This document shows positions 8,341 through 16,466 of a DNA stretch of 64,000 bases, piece by piece. This DNA comes from an uncultured Solirubrobacterales bacterium. GTDB taxonomy: Bacteria > Actinomycetota > Thermoleophilia > Solirubrobacterales > Solirubrobacteraceae. How positions within the stretch are numbered: the first letter of the stretch is position 1; the number at the start of each line of letters is the position of its first letter. Under the pieces are notes generated by a model. That model saw nothing but the letters and a program-made list of their open reading frames with translations. It was not told the DNA's origin and searched no databases. The position numbers were made by a program, and so were the translations under genes. The stretch is taken from NCBI GenBank assembly GCA_963795745.1, contig CAWCIT010000008.1:184232-248231 (forward strand). Reading direction: 5' to 3'.

Positions 8341-8475
8341 TCACTCCGGAGGCTCCTCGTCGAACAGCCGGCGCCAGACGATGGCCGCCACCCGGCTGGT
8401 CGCCACGGTGGCCAGGGCTCCGAGTCCCGCCATCAGGCCGGACCACATCAGACGTTTGACGAGCGGATTCTCCAT
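8341..8475 (-). CDS. Short DUF4235-like membrane peptide (tentative)
   Basis: MENPLVKRLMWSGLMAGLGALATVATSRVAAIVWRRLFDEEPPE resembles the N-terminal helix region of DUF4235 proteins. It is very short and the start is uncertain. Confidence 0.3.
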   Translation of the reverse strand: MENPLVKRLMWSGLMAGLGALATVATSRVAAIVWRRLFDEEPPE

Positions 8476-8669
8476 GGGCTCCCAGTCAATCAGATCCGAC
8501 CCGCTGACGGTGAAAATCTGGCGGGCGCCGACGGGCCGGTGGCGGCGCCCCCGAACGCCCAGGATGCCCGCACCGCGCGTCCGCCAACCGCGTCGTCGGC
8601 CGATCCGATCCGGCCTCGCCGTCGTCCCGGCCTCCCGCTTCGCCGGCCCCCTGGCCGGCGGCCGCGCCG

Positions 8670-9275
8670 CTACGCGTCCAGTCCGCCGCAGATCGTCTCG
8701 ACGATGTAGTGCTTGGCCTGCTCGTACTCCGCGTCGCCCTGCTCGAGCACGCCGAAGATCCAGCCCGTCAGCACCTGCTCGATCGCCCCGTAGAAGGCGA
8801 GCGCCGCGAACTGCGGGGCCACCTGCGGGCGGAAGGACCCGTCGGCCTGGGCCTTGGCCACGATCTGCGCGATCAGCACGTAGGCCTCGCTGATCTCCGC
8901 CATGTGCCGCGCGCCGAAGGAGTTGGCCGCCCGCGTGACCTCGACGATGATCACCTTCATCAGGTTCGGGTCGTGGCGGTAGGACTCGACGATGAACGAC
9001 GCGATCGCCGCCAGCTTCTCCCGCGGCGGGAGGTCCTCGGCGTCGACCTCGCGGATCCGATCGAGCATCACCGACCACCGCTCGAGGAAGAGCGTGTCGA
9101 GCACCTCGTCCTTGGAGGCGAAGTAGTGGTAGACGAGCCCGTAGGCCACTCCCGCCTGGTCGGCGATGTCGGCCACGCGGCAGGCGTGGAAGCCGCGGCG
9201 GGCGAAGGTGAGCACCGCCGCGTCGAGGATCTGGCGCCGCTTGTCGGCCGCCGCCTGGCTGCGGGTCGTCGACAT
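8670..9275 (-). CDS. TetR/AcrR family transcriptional regulator
   Basis: A 201-aa product with the N-terminal HTH RRQILDAAVLTFARRGFHACRVADIADQAGVAYGLVYHYFASKDEVL. ATG 9275 was verified and overlaps the upstream stop (TGATG). The tracked 441-aa ORF is a run-on. Confidence 0.9.
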   Translation of the reverse strand: MSTTRSQAAADKRRQILDAAVLTFARRGFHACRVADIADQAGVAYGLVYHYFASKDEVLDTLFLERWSVMLDRIREVDAEDLPPREKLAAIASFIVESYRHDPNLMKVIIVEVTRAANSFGARHMAEISEAYVLIAQIVAKAQADGSFRPQVAPQFAALAFYGAIEQVLTGWIFGVLEQGDAEYEQAKHYIVETICGGLDA

Positions 9276-10132
9276 CAGACGCCCACCGCCGGCCACTCGT
9301 AGGCCTCTGGTCGCCGGTTGGCGAGCGACGGGAGCTGGGCGCGGATCCGCTCGAGCCGGCTCAGGTCGGCCGTCGCCCGGATCTGACCGACGGTGTCCGG
9401 GGCCTGCGCGAGGACCACGCCCCACGGATCGACGATCAGCGACCGCCCGCCCGAGCGCTGGTCGGGCGCGTGGCGTCCGATCTGGTTGGCCGCCACCACG
9501 AACGCCTGGTTCTCGATCGCGCGCGCCCGCAGCAGCGTCTCCCAGTGATCCCGCGTCGTGGCCAGCGTGAACGCCGCCGGCACGACCAGCACGCGCGCCC
9601 CGCGCAGCGCGAGGATCCGGTAGAGCTCGGGGAAGCGGACGTCGTAGCAGACGCTCAGACCCAGCTCGACGCCGCCCGCCGTCGTCGAGGTGACGATCCG
9701 GCTCCCGGGCCGCTCGTGGCGCGACTCCTCGTAGACGACCCCGTCGACCGTCACGTCGAACATGTGGATCTTCCGGTAGACCGCCCGGTCGCGCCCGTCG
9801 GGCCCGATGTGCACCGACGTGTTCGCCAGACGCGGGCCCCCCACCGCCGCCCCGCCGTCGAGCCGCTCGACGATCGAGCCGGCGACGAGGTCGATGCCCA
9901 GCTCGCGGGCCGCTTCCCGAGCCCATGTCAACGCCGGTCCGTCGAGCGGCTCGGCGCCCGCCTCGAGGGCCGGACCCGATCCGAGGAGGCTCCACTTCTC
10001 GGGGAGCAGGATGAGCTCCGCGCCCGCCGCCGCCGCCTCGCGCGTCAGCCGGTCGGCCTCGGCGAGGTTGGCCGCCCGGTCGTCCGTCGAGTTCATCTGG
10101 ACGGCCGCAATTTGGATTGACTGGTCAGTCAA
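9275..10132 (-). CDS. Carbon-nitrogen hydrolase (nitrilase superfamily, Nit/omega-amidase-like)
   Basis: IQIAAVQMNS..., LILLPEKW (catalytic Glu region), YRKIHMFD (Lys), LGLSVCYDVRFPEL (catalytic Cys). A TTG start at 10132 is preceded by GAGG 4 nt upstream. The tracked 752-aa ORF is an N-terminal shadow extension. Confidence 0.85.
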   Translation of the reverse strand: MTDQSIQIAAVQMNSTDDRAANLAEADRLTREAAAAGAELILLPEKWSLLGSGPALEAGAEPLDGPALTWAREAARELGIDLVAGSIVERLDGGAAVGGPRLANTSVHIGPDGRDRAVYRKIHMFDVTVDGVVYEESRHERPGSRIVTSTTAGGVELGLSVCYDVRFPELYRILALRGARVLVVPAAFTLATTRDHWETLLRARAIENQAFVVAANQIGRHAPDQRSGGRSLIVDPWGVVLAQAPDTVGQIRATADLSRLERIRAQLPSLANRRPEAYEWPAVGV

Positions 10133-10156
10133 GGTACCTCGGCAACAATAGCGAGG

Positions 10157-11086
10157 ATGCTCACGGACACCCCCTGGAGCCACGACGGCGCCCCGGCCAG
10201 TTGCGCCTGGTGCGAAGCACCCCTCGCCCGGCCGGCCGGCCGGCGTCGGGGTCGGACGGTGTGCGCCGCCTGCGGCGTGGCCACGACCGATCCCTGGCCG
10301 ACGCCCGCGGCCCTGGCCGACGCCTACGGCGGCGCCTACCGACCGCCTGAGGGCCGCTTCAGCGGACCGGGCGACGCGGTCCTCGAGCTGACCCGCGCCG
10401 CGCTCGCCCGCCGCCTGGACCGGATCGCCCCGCCCGGCCCCGTGCTCGACGTCGGCGCCGGGACCGGCAGCCTCGTCGCCGCGCTGCGCGATCGCGGCCG
10501 GGAGGCGATCGGCCTCGAGCGACAGGCCCGCGGCGACTGGATCCGCGACACGCCGCTGGCCGAGCTCGACGGTCCCTGGGCGGCGATCGTCTTCTGGCAC
10601 TCGCTCGAGCACCTGACCCGGCCCGGCCGCGATCTCGACCGGGCGGCCGACCTGCTCGCCCCCGGCGGCGTGCTCGTCGTGGCGGTTCCCAACGCCGCCA
10701 GCGTCCAGGCCCGCCTGTTCGGCGACCGCTGGCTCGCCCTCGACCTCCCCCGGCACCTCACCCACATCCCGGCCCGCGCCCTGACCGCCCGCCTCGAGGC
10801 GCGCGGCCTGGCCATCGAGCGCGTCAGCCACTGGCGCGGCGGCCAGGTCGTCTTCGGCTGGCTGCACGGCCTCGTCGGCCTCGCCCCCGGCCGGCCGAGC
10901 CTCTACGACGCGGTCCGCCGGCCCCCGGCCCGCTGGCAGGAGCAGGACGGCCGGCGCCGGGCCCAGATCCTCGCCGCGGCGCTCCTGCTCGGTCCGGTCG
11001 CCGGACTCGGCGCCGCGCTCGAGATCGCCCTCGGCCGCGGCGGCACCGTCTACGTCGAGACGCGCAGGCCCGTCGCCATCCCGTGA
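10157..11086 (+). CDS. Class I SAM-dependent methyltransferase with an N-terminal Cys4 zinc-ribbon-like motif
   Basis: CAWCEAPL...CAACG near the N-terminus and the SAM motif I VLDVGAGTGSLV, followed by VFWHSLEHL and GGVLVVAVPN. It is only 24 bp from the divergent nitrilase-like gene. Confidence 0.85.
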   Translation: MLTDTPWSHDGAPASCAWCEAPLARPAGRRRGRTVCAACGVATTDPWPTPAALADAYGGAYRPPEGRFSGPGDAVLELTRAALARRLDRIAPPGPVLDVGAGTGSLVAALRDRGREAIGLERQARGDWIRDTPLAELDGPWAAIVFWHSLEHLTRPGRDLDRAADLLAPGGVLVVAVPNAASVQARLFGDRWLALDLPRHLTHIPARALTARLEARGLAIERVSHWRGGQVVFGWLHGLVGLAPGRPSLYDAVRRPPARWQEQDGRRRAQILAAALLLGPVAGLGAALEIALGRGGTVYVETRRPVAIP

Positions 11087-11139
11087 AGGCATGGCAACGA
11101 CTCGCCACGGCCGGCGATCTCGCGTGATGACATCGAGAC

Positions 11140-11454
11140 TCAGCTGACTCGGAACTCCGTGGCCCGGGCGCCACCCTGGAGGCTGTAGACGGCGAGGCCC
11201 CGCCCGTCGCGGGCGATCGCCACCTGGCCGGAGCTCGCCCCGATGCCGGGGGGCGACAGCGCTCGGCTCGCTCCGATCGCTCCGGCCGGCCCGATCCGGG
11301 AGATGCGCAGGGCCGAGCGCTGGTCCGTGAAGACGACGTAGGTTCTCCCCCGGGGGTCGACGAGGACGTCCGGGGCGCGCTGCGCGTCGCGTCCACCCGG
11401 CCCGGCCACCGGGCGCGACAGCGATCCCCCGATTCGCCCCCGCGCGAGCTCCAC
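11140..11454 (-). CDS. Hypothetical protein or gene remnant
   Basis: A 104-aa ORF with beta-strand-like segments (RTYVVFTDQ, GLAVYSLQ). I recognised no family. It could be a relic. Confidence 0.2.
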   Translation of the reverse strand: MELARGRIGGSLSRPVAGPGGRDAQRAPDVLVDPRGRTYVVFTDQRSALRISRIGPAGAIGASRALSPPGIGASSGQVAIARDGRGLAVYSLQGGARATEFRVS

Positions 11455-11578
11455 CTCCTCGCCTCCCCGCTGAACGTGTCTGCCGCGCCGACGCAGGTGA
11501 TGGCGACTGCTGCCTGACCGCTCGAACCGGCACGCGCGGGGGCCCCTCGCGTACCCGGGCGGCCGCCGATCCTCCGGC

Positions 11579-12283
11579 CTACCCCCCGCTCGCGTGCTGG
11601 CGGCGCAGCTCGGCGAGGAGGAGCTTCGAGTGCATCGCCCCGATCAGCTCGCGCAGCGGCTCGGCCCCGGCGGTGATGATCTCGACCGCCCGGTCGGCGT
11701 CGACCTCCCCGGTCAGGCGGCCCAGCAGCGTGCGCACCTCCTTGGCCACCAGCGGCTCGAGGGCCTCCCGGTAGCGGAGCGTGTCGTAGACGGTGAAGCC
11801 CAGCGTCTCGTCGTAGCCGCTGGCCCGGAAGCGGCCGATCGCCTCGATCACCTTGACGTCGTCCGGGTCGTAGCCGGCCGGCGACGGCGTCAGCACGCCG
11901 AGCTCGGCCAGCCGGTCGAGGGCGGGCTGGGGCACGTCGTAGCGACGGCGGACCTCCTCGGTCGAGATCCGCCGCTGCTGCTGGGAGTGGCTGAGCGCCT
12001 TCTCGATGATCCGGTCCTCGAGCTCGAGCAGCGCCGCCAGCCGCTCCGGCTCCTCGGCCAGCATCCGCTTGATCAGCCGCAGCGGCATGAACCGCTGCTC
12101 CTGGAGGCGCTTGATCAGGCTCAGCCGCTCGACGAACTCCGGCCCGTAGTAGGCCATGTTGCGGCTCGTGCGCACCGGCTCGGGCAGGAGCCCCTCGCGC
12201 AGGTAGTGCTTGATCGTCGGCGCGCTGACCCCCGAGCGCTCGACGAGCTCCGACATCTTGAGCAGGCCGTCGACCGTGCTCAT
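11579..12283 (-). CDS. MerR family transcriptional regulator
   Basis: A 234-aa product with the N-terminal HTH LKMSELVERSGVSAPTIKHYLREGLLPEP. ATG 12283 was verified and forms an ATGA overlap with the upstream CoA-transferase stop. Confidence 0.85.
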   Translation of the reverse strand: MSTVDGLLKMSELVERSGVSAPTIKHYLREGLLPEPVRTSRNMAYYGPEFVERLSLIKRLQEQRFMPLRLIKRMLAEEPERLAALLELEDRIIEKALSHSQQQRRISTEEVRRRYDVPQPALDRLAELGVLTPSPAGYDPDDVKVIEAIGRFRASGYDETLGFTVYDTLRYREALEPLVAKEVRTLLGRLTGEVDADRAVEIITAGAEPLRELIGAMHSKLLLAELRRQHASGG

Positions 12284-13518
12284 CGCGCCCCCGCCCCCGC
12301 CCCCGTCCCCGCCCGCGCGACGGCCCCGTCGCGCTCGAGGGCCGCGATCTCGGCCGCGCCGTAGCCCGCCTCCCGCAGGACTGCCGCCGTGTGCTCGCCC
12401 GGCCCCGGCCCCGGCCGCCGCGCCGGGTCGCCGGGCGTGCGCGACAGCCGGACGGGGATCCCCAGCTGGCGGACCCCGCCGGCCACGCCCGGCTGGTCGA
12501 GCTCGACGACCATGCGCCGGCCCAGCTCGGATTCGAGGGCCTCGTCGAGCCCGAGCACCGGCTCCAGGCAGCAGTCGTGCTCGGCGCCGAACGCCTCCCA
12601 CGCGGCCCGCGTCCGCCCGGCGAAGATCGCCTCGACGGCCCGGTGGACCGCTGACCCGGGAGGCTCGAGCTGGCCGCCGATCAGGTCGTCGCGGCCCACC
12701 CCCCGGCACCACGCGGCCCAGAACTTCGGCTCGAGCGCCCCGAGCGTCACCCAGCCGTCGGCGCACCGGTACGGCCGGTAGCAGACGAGGCCGCCGCCGA
12801 GCTCGAGCCCGCCCCGCGCCGGCGCCGGCGCCGACGCCGACGCCCCGGCCAGGTAGCCGGCGGCGACCAGGGCCAGCCAGGCGAGCGCCCCGTCGGCCAT
12901 GGCCACGTCGACCAGCTGGCCCTCGCCGCTGCGCTCGCGTTCGCGCAGGGCAGCGAGGATGGCGAACGCGGCCAGCAGCGCCCCACCCCCCAGGTCGGCG
13001 ATCTGGCCGGCTGACGTGGCCGGCGGGCCGTCGGCCTCGCCGCTCAGGCCGAGCAGGCCGACCCGGCCCAGGTAGTTGATGTCGTGGCCCGCCCGGTCGC
13101 GCAGCGCCCCCTCCTGTCCGTAGCCGCTGATCGCGCAGTAGACGAGCCCCGGGTTGACCTCCCGCAGGCGCTCGTAGCCGACGCCCAGGCGGTCGAGGAC
13201 CCCCGGACGGAAGGACTCGAGCAGGACGTCGTGGGCGCCGCCCAGGCGCTCCAGCACCTCCCGGCCGCCCGCGGTCCGCAGGTCGAGGACGATCGACCGC
13301 TTGTTGCGGTTGAGCGCCAGGAAGGGCGCCGAGCCGGCCCCGGGCGCCGCGCCCGGGTAGAACGGCGGCCACGCCCGCAGGTAGTCGCCTCCGTCCGGGC
13401 CCTCGACCTTCAGCACCTCGGCTCCGAAGTCGGCCAGGAGCAGCGAGCAGAAGCCGCCCGGAAGCAGGCGCGAGAGGTCGAGCACGCGAATCCCCGCCAG
13501 CGGAAGCCCGTCGCTCAC
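12280..13518 (-). CDS. Family III CoA-transferase (CaiB/BaiF/Frc-like)
   Basis: LAGIRVLDLSRLLPGGFCSLLLADFGAEVLKVE, LNRNKRSIVLDL, VLLESFRPGVLDRLG, HDINY: the classic family III signature. GTG 13518 forms a GTGA overlap with the enoyl-CoA hydratase stop. Confidence 0.9.
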   Translation of the reverse strand: MSDGLPLAGIRVLDLSRLLPGGFCSLLLADFGAEVLKVEGPDGGDYLRAWPPFYPGAAPGAGSAPFLALNRNKRSIVLDLRTAGGREVLERLGGAHDVLLESFRPGVLDRLGVGYERLREVNPGLVYCAISGYGQEGALRDRAGHDINYLGRVGLLGLSGEADGPPATSAGQIADLGGGALLAAFAILAALRERERSGEGQLVDVAMADGALAWLALVAAGYLAGASASAPAPARGGLELGGGLVCYRPYRCADGWVTLGALEPKFWAAWCRGVGRDDLIGGQLEPPGSAVHRAVEAIFAGRTRAAWEAFGAEHDCCLEPVLGLDEALESELGRRMVVELDQPGVAGGVRQLGIPVRLSRTPGDPARRPGPGPGEHTAAVLREAGYGAAEIAALERDGAVARAGTGAGAGAR

Positions 13519-14300
13519 CGGCCGGACCACCGCGGCTCCCGGTGCCCGAAGAAGGCCTCCACCCCCTCGCGCAGGTCGTCGCTCGACATCGCGATCGCCA
13601 GCTGCGCCCGCAGGTACTCGAGCGCGTCGAGGAGCGGCATGTCCATCTGGCGGTACATCGCGTCCTTGCCCATCCGCATCGCCAGCGGCGCCGCCGCCGC
13701 CAGCCGGGTCGCCCAGCCCTCGACGGCGGCTTCGAGCTCGCCCGGCGCGACGACCCGGTTGACGATTCCGGCCTCGCTGGCCGTCTCGGCCGAGATCCGC
13801 TCCCCCAGCAGCAGCAGCTCGCTCGCCCGCTTGCGCGGGACGTTGCGGTAGAGCAGGGCCATGACCATGAACGGGAAGGCGCCGACCCCGAGCTCCGGCG
13901 TCCCGAAGCTCGCCGCCGTGCTCGCCACGACGAGGTCGCAGGCCAGGACCACGCCGACCGCGCCCCCCAGGGCCGCGCCGTCGACCGCGCAGACCGTCGG
14001 CTTCCCCAGCGTCCCGATCAGCTCGAACACGCGCACGAAGCGCCCGGCCCCGTCGTGGCGCTCGACCAGCGGCCGCTCGCCGACGAAGTCCTGGAGGTCG
14101 GCCCCGGCCGAGAAGACCTTGGGATGCCCGGAGGCGAGCACCACACAGCGGACGGCCGGGTCGGCCCGCGCCCGCTCGAGCTCGGCGCACAGCGCCTCGA
14201 GGAGCTCGCCCGACAGGGCGTTGCGCCGCGCCGGGTCGTTCAGGGTGATGCGCGCGACGCCCGCCGCCGTCACGCCGTAGAGCACCTTGGGCTCGCCCAC
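13515..14300 (-). CDS. Enoyl-CoA hydratase/isomerase (crotonase) family protein
   Basis: ITLNDPARRNALS, FSAGADL, VCAVDGAALGGAVGVVLACDL, PELGVGAFP: oxyanion-hole and crotonase motifs, 261 aa. Confidence 0.9.
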   Translation of the reverse strand: MGEPKVLYGVTAAGVARITLNDPARRNALSGELLEALCAELERARADPAVRCVVLASGHPKVFSAGADLQDFVGERPLVERHDGAGRFVRVFELIGTLGKPTVCAVDGAALGGAVGVVLACDLVVASTAASFGTPELGVGAFPFMVMALLYRNVPRKRASELLLLGERISAETASEAGIVNRVVAPGELEAAVEGWATRLAAAAPLAMRMGKDAMYRQMDMPLLDALEYLRAQLAIAMSSDDLREGVEAFFGHREPRWSGR

Positions 14301-14320
14301 GATCCGCCCATCCTACCCAA

Positions 14321-14345
14321 AAGTGAGAAGTACTACTGTTTACTT
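14321..14345. promoter_or_regulatory. Candidate operator: an imperfect palindrome in an AT-richer patch of the divergent acyl-CoA promoter region
   Basis: aagtgagaAGTACTactgtttactt: the arms AAGTGAGAAGT and AAGTAAACAGT (reverse complement) match at about 8 of 11 positions around an AGTACT core. It sits in the 113-bp gap between 13515..14300(-) and 14414..15601(+). Confidence 0.25.
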
Positions 14346-14413
14346 TCCAGTCGGCCCGCGGTACGGTCTGTCGAGCGTTCTCGCCGCCCCATGAGGAAGG
14401 AGCACCGTCGTCG

Positions 14414-15601
14414 ATGGCCATCGCCGAGCAGAGCCTCAAGCCCGACTTCACGGCGCCCCGGCGGCACTTCGTCTTCACCGACGAGCACGACCAGCTGCGC
14501 GAGTCGATCCGTCGCTTCGTGACCCGCGAGCTGCGGCCCCACGCCGAGGAGTGGGAGGAGACGACCTTCCCCGACTGGGTCTTTCGCCGCATGGGCGAGC
14601 TCGGCTTCCTCGGCCTGTCGATGCCCGAGGCCTACGGCGGCCAGGGCGGCGACTACTACTGCAACCTCGTCCTCGCCGAGGAGATGGCCGGGGCCGACTC
14701 GGCCGGCACGGCGATGGGCGTGGCCGTGCACACCGACATGGCGATGCCGCCGCTCGAGCGCTTCGCCACCGAGACCCAGAAGCAGGAATGGCTCGTCCCG
14801 GCCATCCGCGGCGAGAAGATCCTCTGCCTGGGCATCACCGAGCCCGACGCCGGCTCCGACGTCGCCGCGATCAAGACGCGCGCCGTGGCCGACGCCGGCG
14901 ACTACGTCATCAACGGCTCGAAGACCTACATCACCAACGGCCACCGGGCCGACGTGATCATCCTCGTGACCAAGACCGACCCCGCCGCCGGCCACGGCGG
15001 CCTGACGCTGTTCCTCGTGCCGCTCGACGCCCCCGGCGTGACCCGCGAGAAGCGGCTGGTCAAGCTCGGCATGCACGCCTCCGACACGGCGCTCCTGAGC
15101 TTCCAGGACGTCCGCGTCCCCGCGAGCGCCGTCCTCGGCGAGGTCGGTCGCGGCTTCCAGGAGATCATGTGGGAGCTCCAGGGCGAGCGGCTGATCTCGG
15201 CCGCCGGCTGCGTCGCCGCCGCCGAGCGCTGCTTCGAGCGCACGCTCGCCTTCGCCAAGGAGCGCCAGGCGTTCGGTCGGGAGATCGGCCACCACCAGGC
15301 CATCCGCCACCGGTTCGCCGAGATGGCGACCAAGATCGAGACGGCCCGTCAGGTCGTCTACACGACGGCCTGGCGCTTCGAGCGCGGCGACTATCCGGTC
15401 CGGGAGATCTCGATCGCCAAGCTCCACGCCGCCCGGACGGCGGTGGAGGTGGCGGACGACTGCATCCAGATCCACGGCGGTGCCGGCTACATGCGCGAGT
15501 ACGGGATCGAGCGCGTCTGGCGCGACCTGCGCCTGCACCGGATCGGCGCCGGGACCGACGAGATCATGCTCGAGGTCATCGGCCGCAGCTATGGCCTCTA
15601 G
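14414..15601 (+). CDS. Acyl-CoA dehydrogenase
   Basis: A 395-aa product with GITEPDAGSD, YITNG and a C-terminal QIHGGAGYMREYGIERVWRD...IGAGTDEI: canonical ACAD motifs. Confidence 0.95.
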   Translation: MAIAEQSLKPDFTAPRRHFVFTDEHDQLRESIRRFVTRELRPHAEEWEETTFPDWVFRRMGELGFLGLSMPEAYGGQGGDYYCNLVLAEEMAGADSAGTAMGVAVHTDMAMPPLERFATETQKQEWLVPAIRGEKILCLGITEPDAGSDVAAIKTRAVADAGDYVINGSKTYITNGHRADVIILVTKTDPAAGHGGLTLFLVPLDAPGVTREKRLVKLGMHASDTALLSFQDVRVPASAVLGEVGRGFQEIMWELQGERLISAAGCVAAAERCFERTLAFAKERQAFGREIGHHQAIRHRFAEMATKIETARQVVYTTAWRFERGDYPVREISIAKLHAARTAVEVADDCIQIHGGAGYMREYGIERVWRDLRLHRIGAGTDEIMLEVIGRSYGL

Positions 15602-15632
15602 ACGGGGCGCCAATCGACGCAAGGGAGACCGA

Positions 15633-16460
15633 ATGGGAGTTCTCGACGACAAGGTGGCCATCGTCACCGGCTCCGCCCGCGGCATCGGCCTCGCCACCGC
15701 GGAGCTCCTGGCCGAGCACGGAGCCAAGGTCCTGGTCAACGACCTCGACGGCGACGCCGCCCGCGCGGCGGCCGACCAGATCGACGGCGACACGGCGGTC
15801 TTCGCCGGTGACCTCACCCGGCCCGGCGTTCCCGACGACCTCGTGGCCGCGACGATCGACGCCTTTGGCCGGATCGACATCATCGTCAACAACGCCGGCT
15901 ACACCCTCGACAAGCCGATCCACACGATGAGCGACGACTGGTTCCAGCGGATGCTCGACATCCACGTCGTCGCGCCGTTCCGCGTGATCCGCGCCGCCGC
16001 CCCCCACCTGCGCGAGCCGGCGAAGGTCGAGCGGGCCGAGGGGCGGGAGGTGTTCCGCAAGATCGTCAACGTCTCATCGGTCTCCGGCACGATGGGCAAC
16101 GCCGGACAGGCCAACTATGCGGCCGGCAAGTCCGCAGTCGTCGGACTGACCAAGACCCTGGCCAAGGAGTGGGGCCAGTTCAAGATCAACGTCAACGCCG
16201 TCGCCTTCGGCTACATCGAGACCCGGCTGACCGCCGCCAAGGACGAGTCGAACACGATGGAGATCGACGGCCAGCAGGTGCAGCTCGGGATCCCCGACCA
16301 GCTGCGCGGCATGGTCTCGATGCTGATCCCCCTCGGCCGTCCCGGCACCCCGCAGGAGGCCGCCGGCGGCGTGTTCTTCCTCTGCTCGCCCTGGTCCAAC
16401 TACGTCCACGGTCAGGTGCTCAACGTGACCGGCGGCCAGTTCACCGGGATGACGACCTGA
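15633..16460 (+). CDS. Short-chain dehydrogenase/reductase (FabG-like 3-oxoacyl reductase)
   Basis: VAIVTGSARGIG (TGxxxGxG), NNAG, S...YAAGK catalytic triad. ATG 15633 is preceded by AAGGGAGA. The tracked ORF from 15480 overlaps the ACAD 3' end. Confidence 0.9.
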   Translation: MGVLDDKVAIVTGSARGIGLATAELLAEHGAKVLVNDLDGDAARAAADQIDGDTAVFAGDLTRPGVPDDLVAATIDAFGRIDIIVNNAGYTLDKPIHTMSDDWFQRMLDIHVVAPFRVIRAAAPHLREPAKVERAEGREVFRKIVNVSSVSGTMGNAGQANYAAGKSAVVGLTKTLAKEWGQFKINVNAVAFGYIETRLTAAKDESNTMEIDGQQVQLGIPDQLRGMVSMLIPLGRPGTPQEAAGGVFFLCSPWSNYVHGQVLNVTGGQFTGMTT

Positions 16461-16466
16461 CCGCGC

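Noticed and set aside
10133-10156. The 24-bp gap between the divergent nitrilase-like and methyltransferase genes as a shared bidirectional promoter
   Set aside because: It is too short to hold two promoters. The promoters must lie inside the neighbouring coding regions, or one start codon is mis-assigned. I could not identify any specific element.
8670-14592. Very long N-terminal extensions of the TetR (441 aa), nitrilase-like (752 aa), MerR (597 aa) and CoA-transferase (770 aa) ORFs
   Set aside because: The homologous parts begin at internal starts that coincide with stop/start overlaps of the preceding gene. The extensions are low-complexity and overlap other well-supported genes.
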